This document shows positions 60,501 through 64,000 of a stretch of DNA of 64,000 bases, one piece after another (the first letter of the stretch is position 1; every line of letters starts with the position of its first letter). The notes under the pieces are model-generated. The model saw only the letters and a list, made by a program, of their open reading frames with translations. It did not search any database and was not told the DNA's origin. Source of the DNA: Pavona decussata (taxonomy: Eukaryota); contig CDRNST010000072.1 in the NCBI GenBank assembly GCA_977016875.1, positions 682,001-746,000 of the forward strand. The letters run 5' to 3'. The translations under genes and the position numbers were made by a program.

Positions 60501-63500
60501 AAAAATGAAAGAAGTTAGGTAGGAAAAACCTGAAATCCCTCAATTATCAATTCCATCCTTTGTCCATACAGTGTATGCCAGTTTGTTTCTTTTCATAAAG
60601 TACAATATACATGTAAATGGTACACATTATTTTAGTGCTGTGTTTTTTTTTAAATCCTAGATATTCATATGGTCAGCTGATTGAAATCAACAGCCATAGT
60701 TTGTTTTCAAAGTGGTTCTCTGAGGTAAGGTTGAGTTAACTACTGTATATTATATTCTTATGTAGAATTTTGCATAAAATAAAGTTAGTATTTGAAATAA
60801 TGTTTTAATGTTTTAGTTTAATACTAACAGCTGTTATTCAATCTTACAGTGCTGCACATGGTACCAATCTTCTTGTGCAGAGTCTTTTATGTCATGATTA
60901 GTTTTTAACAGTATTTTGACATCTTGTACAATACAGTCAACTCCCTTTATTAAACACCTTCGGTACTCCGAGTTAGTGTCCTTAATTATTAATAGAGAGA
61001 GTCCGTAACAGCAGGAATTTATTTCAGTCTGTACTCTATTTTTTGCTGGGGATTTAACTGGTGTCCATATTATCCAGTTATCTGTTATAGTGAGGTGTCC
61101 TCAAGGTGAGAGTTGACTATATTTTGTCATTTTTCTGATGGCTTTGGGTGAACTGGCCAATTGAATCCAAAGATTGTGGAAGATGGAGTCTGAAATGTGA
61201 CTGCAAAACAGACAAGTTCATGCCTGATAGTGTTTTTCTTTTGATTGGTCAGCTAAAACTGGTACCATTAGAACATACAGGTGCCAAAAGGTTGACAAAA
61301 GTTAATAATATTGATGTTAGTGTGATGATAATGAAATGATTATGGCAATGATAATTGTCATATAATTATGGTAATGCAATGATTGAGAATGGTAAAGGTA
61401 GTGGGAAATTGATTATGGTAATGTCCAATTTATTATTCCATGAGTGGCATTGGATACAAGATGATAGATAGCCAATGAAGTGTGCAGTGCCGACTTGGCT
61501 ATAATCATGTCATATCCAACAAACATGAGTGGAATAGTTGTTTTACTCTAAGTATTTGTGGGGTATGGGTGTAGTGTCTCATATGACATTGGCAGCAAAG
61601 CCAATCCAATCCCTAAAATTGCATTATGCAATGATCCAGTTTTTAATCATTATAATGATAATCATACAGTGTATGATTGTAACTTGTTAAGTGGCAACCA
61701 AGTATTGCACGTAGTTTCAGTATATATTTAAATCTGTTATTTTCCAACAGAGTGGTAAGTTGGTAATGAAAATGTTTCAGAAGATTCAAGAGCTCATTGA
61801 TGACAAAGATGCTTTGGTCTGTGTATTGATTGATGAGGTACATGTATGAAGTTAGGCAACTTATTCCAATCTGCAGTCTGCATTTTGGATATATTTGAAA
61901 GAATATAAAACATTTAATATTTTAATAAGCAACGTTTGTTTTGAAACAATTAAGACACTTACAGATGCATTAGACTTGATATAGCTACCATTGATTAAAG
62001 CTACCATTGGCTGATTTATGACTGGCTCAGTGAAAACTTAATTTCTTGCACTAAATATCTCTTAATGATAGTGACTAGTCTTTACACATACATATGTCCT
62101 AAATTTAAAAAGGAAATAGGAAATGCCTGCCTTCAAGCTGTGGTTTTTTTTATTTTGATGGAATATTCTATGCAATCTTTCTGCTCATCACAGGTTGAGA
62201 GTTTGACTGCAGCTCGCAAATCAGCGATGCAGGGTCAGGAGCCATCAGACGCAATAAGGGTGGTGAATGCTCTGCTTACTCAAATAGATCATATCAAAAG
62301 GTATCTTAAATAAAATAAACTTTACGTAACGTTTAAAACACGAGCAGCAATGTTTTATTGGATTTAAAAGTTTAAGCCCAATAAAACACGTGCTGCGAGT
62401 TTTTTTAACGGCTTTAAAAACATTCCTGGAAAAGCATGTTTCAAGAGACTTCATAACAATGATGCTTTTGTGAATGTTGGAAATTAGCATACGAGAAAAA
62501 CATGTAACACCGCATGCTAATAAGGAGGAGGTTTTATCTGATATAAAACCACTGCATGTGATGTTTTATTGACCATTTGATAGGTCAGTGGGCTTATGAA
62601 TTATTAATGAGTTTTTGAATTAAACTACAGTAAACCATTAAAATGTAATTATGAAGACGAGAGATGGAGAAATCTTTGACAGCATGCTGCATTCCATCAA
62701 GGGGATAATAATATTATAATATACTTTAATTTGTAATCTTCTGTGATGGAAACCAGACTTTCCTTCCTCAAGCTAGAATGCGTAGCTGGCATATCAGAAT
62801 TTACGTACATACATACATACAAGAATGTCTGAAAGCAATGCTAGTTTATTTATTTTGGCTTATTGTGTTTGCATTTCAGATTTCCTAATGTCATCATTCT
62901 CACAACCTCTAATGTAACTGGAGCTATTGACTTAGCATTTGTAGACAGGTATGTTGAGGTTAGGTAACTGTGTTGCAGTGTCCAATGTTATCAGTTGCTG
63001 TTGCTGTTGTGTCTACACAACATAATATAGTCTAAGTTAACCTGCGATCGGGGGTTGTTTTTTTTTTTTTTTTTTTGAGATGTAGGGAGACAGGGTATGA
63101 TTACAGGTCAGCTTTTAGAGGATCATTGGATCCACAGTCCATGTTTTTCTCACTTGACGCCTGTATACATGTTAAGTTTGTTCCCTATGATAAGATACAG
63201 AAATAGGCACCTTATTTATAGAGCACCCAAGGGATGCGTCCCAGTGTTCGGGCAGGGACACAGGTCCCTCCCTTGTTGTCAAGAAAGGCCTGGAGAGCTG
63301 AAAGTTGTTAAAGTGGTACCACAGAACAGTTTCTTCTAGCTCCCCGTCTTAACTGACACAGAGTTAAGCGGCCAATGTATTAAACATTTTCACTTGTAAC
63401 CAACCATCTGAGCCCTGCTCTGGGAGCAAGTGAAGAGCAATAAGGAGGTGTCTATAACTTTGTCAATACATTAAAGGTGCATCTGTCTTGTGTAGTTCCT

Positions 63501-63768
63501 GCAACGCAGATTTTGACTTTTGGTTGATCTTGTAACATGTTTCTTAATTTACAGGGCAGACATCAAGCAGTACATTGGTCCGCCTTCTGTCAACGCAATA
63601 TTCTCCATTTATCACACCTGTATAACTGAGCTTATGAGGGTAACTGATATTCACTAAAAATGACTTCATTTAAGCTGACTTGAGGTGCCCACTGACGCTA
63701 AGTTAAATATAATCGTTTGTTTCACAGGTAGGAATCATTTCTCCCGTGCAGCAAATCCTGGGTATAAG
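54543..63768 (+). CDS. TRIP13: Pachytene checkpoint protein 2 / TRIP13 AAA+ ATPase (3'-incomplete, 13 exons in window)
   Basis: Exons 54543-54628, 56243-56408, 56849-56966, 57732-57787, 58697-58737, 59592-59641, 60254-60326, 60661-60724, 61751-61837, 62194-62300, 62880-62948, 63555-63639, 63728-63768, phases consistent. Motifs [91 protein letters not shown]. Confidence 0.96.
55073..55652. mobile_element. Nested MITEs in TRIP13 intron 1
   Basis: Outer ttaagccctggtcaaa/tttgaccacggaattaa. Inner TIRs gttactttcaaggga..tatatagagaaaacactgt / acagtgttttctctatata..tcccttaaaagtaac (~55217-55620). Confidence 0.6.
55655..55933 (-). mobile_element. CR1-group LINE ORF2 3' fragment
   Basis: [27 protein letters not shown] motif. 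Confidence 0.65.
60934..61119. mobile_element. Degenerate Tc1/mariner-type MITE
   Basis: TA|cagtcaactc ... gagttgacta|TA. Confidence 0.55.
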
Positions 63769-64000
63769 GTATGTTACATTTTTACACTTTTAGTTTTTGT
63801 CGCTTGAGTTTTATACTTTTGCTCTCTCCTGGATATATTTCTATTGAAACCATTCTCGTCATTTGCATGAGGTTGACGATGTTCGTTTTACTTTTGAAAC
63901 TAATTCAACTCTTTTAAGCGCTTCATGTGAGATTGAACACGGCCGCCGAAGAAATGGGTGAAAGTCGCGGGTCATGTAACGTGCACGAAAATGAGTCTCG

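Noticed and set aside
62301-62879. U12-type intron in TRIP13 (donor gtatctt)
   Set aside because: The donor does not match GTATCCTT and there is no TCCTTAAC branch site near the acceptor.

Overview
This is eukaryotic (animal) genomic DNA: AT-rich and intron-containing, with no operons or CRISPR arrays. The gene content and repeat style suggest a cnidarian, probably a stony coral (inference only). Host genes read manually with GT-AG exons: TMEM229B-like (+); a 9-exon, 398-aa PLP-dependent Cys/Met-metabolism lyase with methionine gamma-lyase-type (AVSLG) rather than cystathionine gamma-lyase-type signatures (+); two intronless, convergent BTB-BACK-Kelch paralogues; an orphan class A GPCR (-); a complete 10-exon CEP76 (-); and TRIP13/PCH2 (+, 13 exons, runs off the window) head-to-head with CEP76. 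Mobile DNA includes a decayed BEL/Pao LTR element, an L1/Tx1-type LINE with both ends intact (9-bp TSD, internal ORF2 deletion, extra in-frame spacer ORF), a stack of RLE-type retrotransposon 3' ends at (ATT)n/(TAA)n microsatellites, Academ-like TAG..CTA elements with 9-bp TSDs (one with a RecQ-like helicase relic), and many MITEs and SINEs. There is also a higher-order tandem array carrying intact tRNA-like cloverleaves. The most notable items are the MGL-like animal enzyme, the tRNA-cloverleaf array, the kelch pair with mosaic divergence and a 347-bp near-perfect inverted repeat between the genes, the microsatellite retrotransposon trap, and the third ORF in the LINE.
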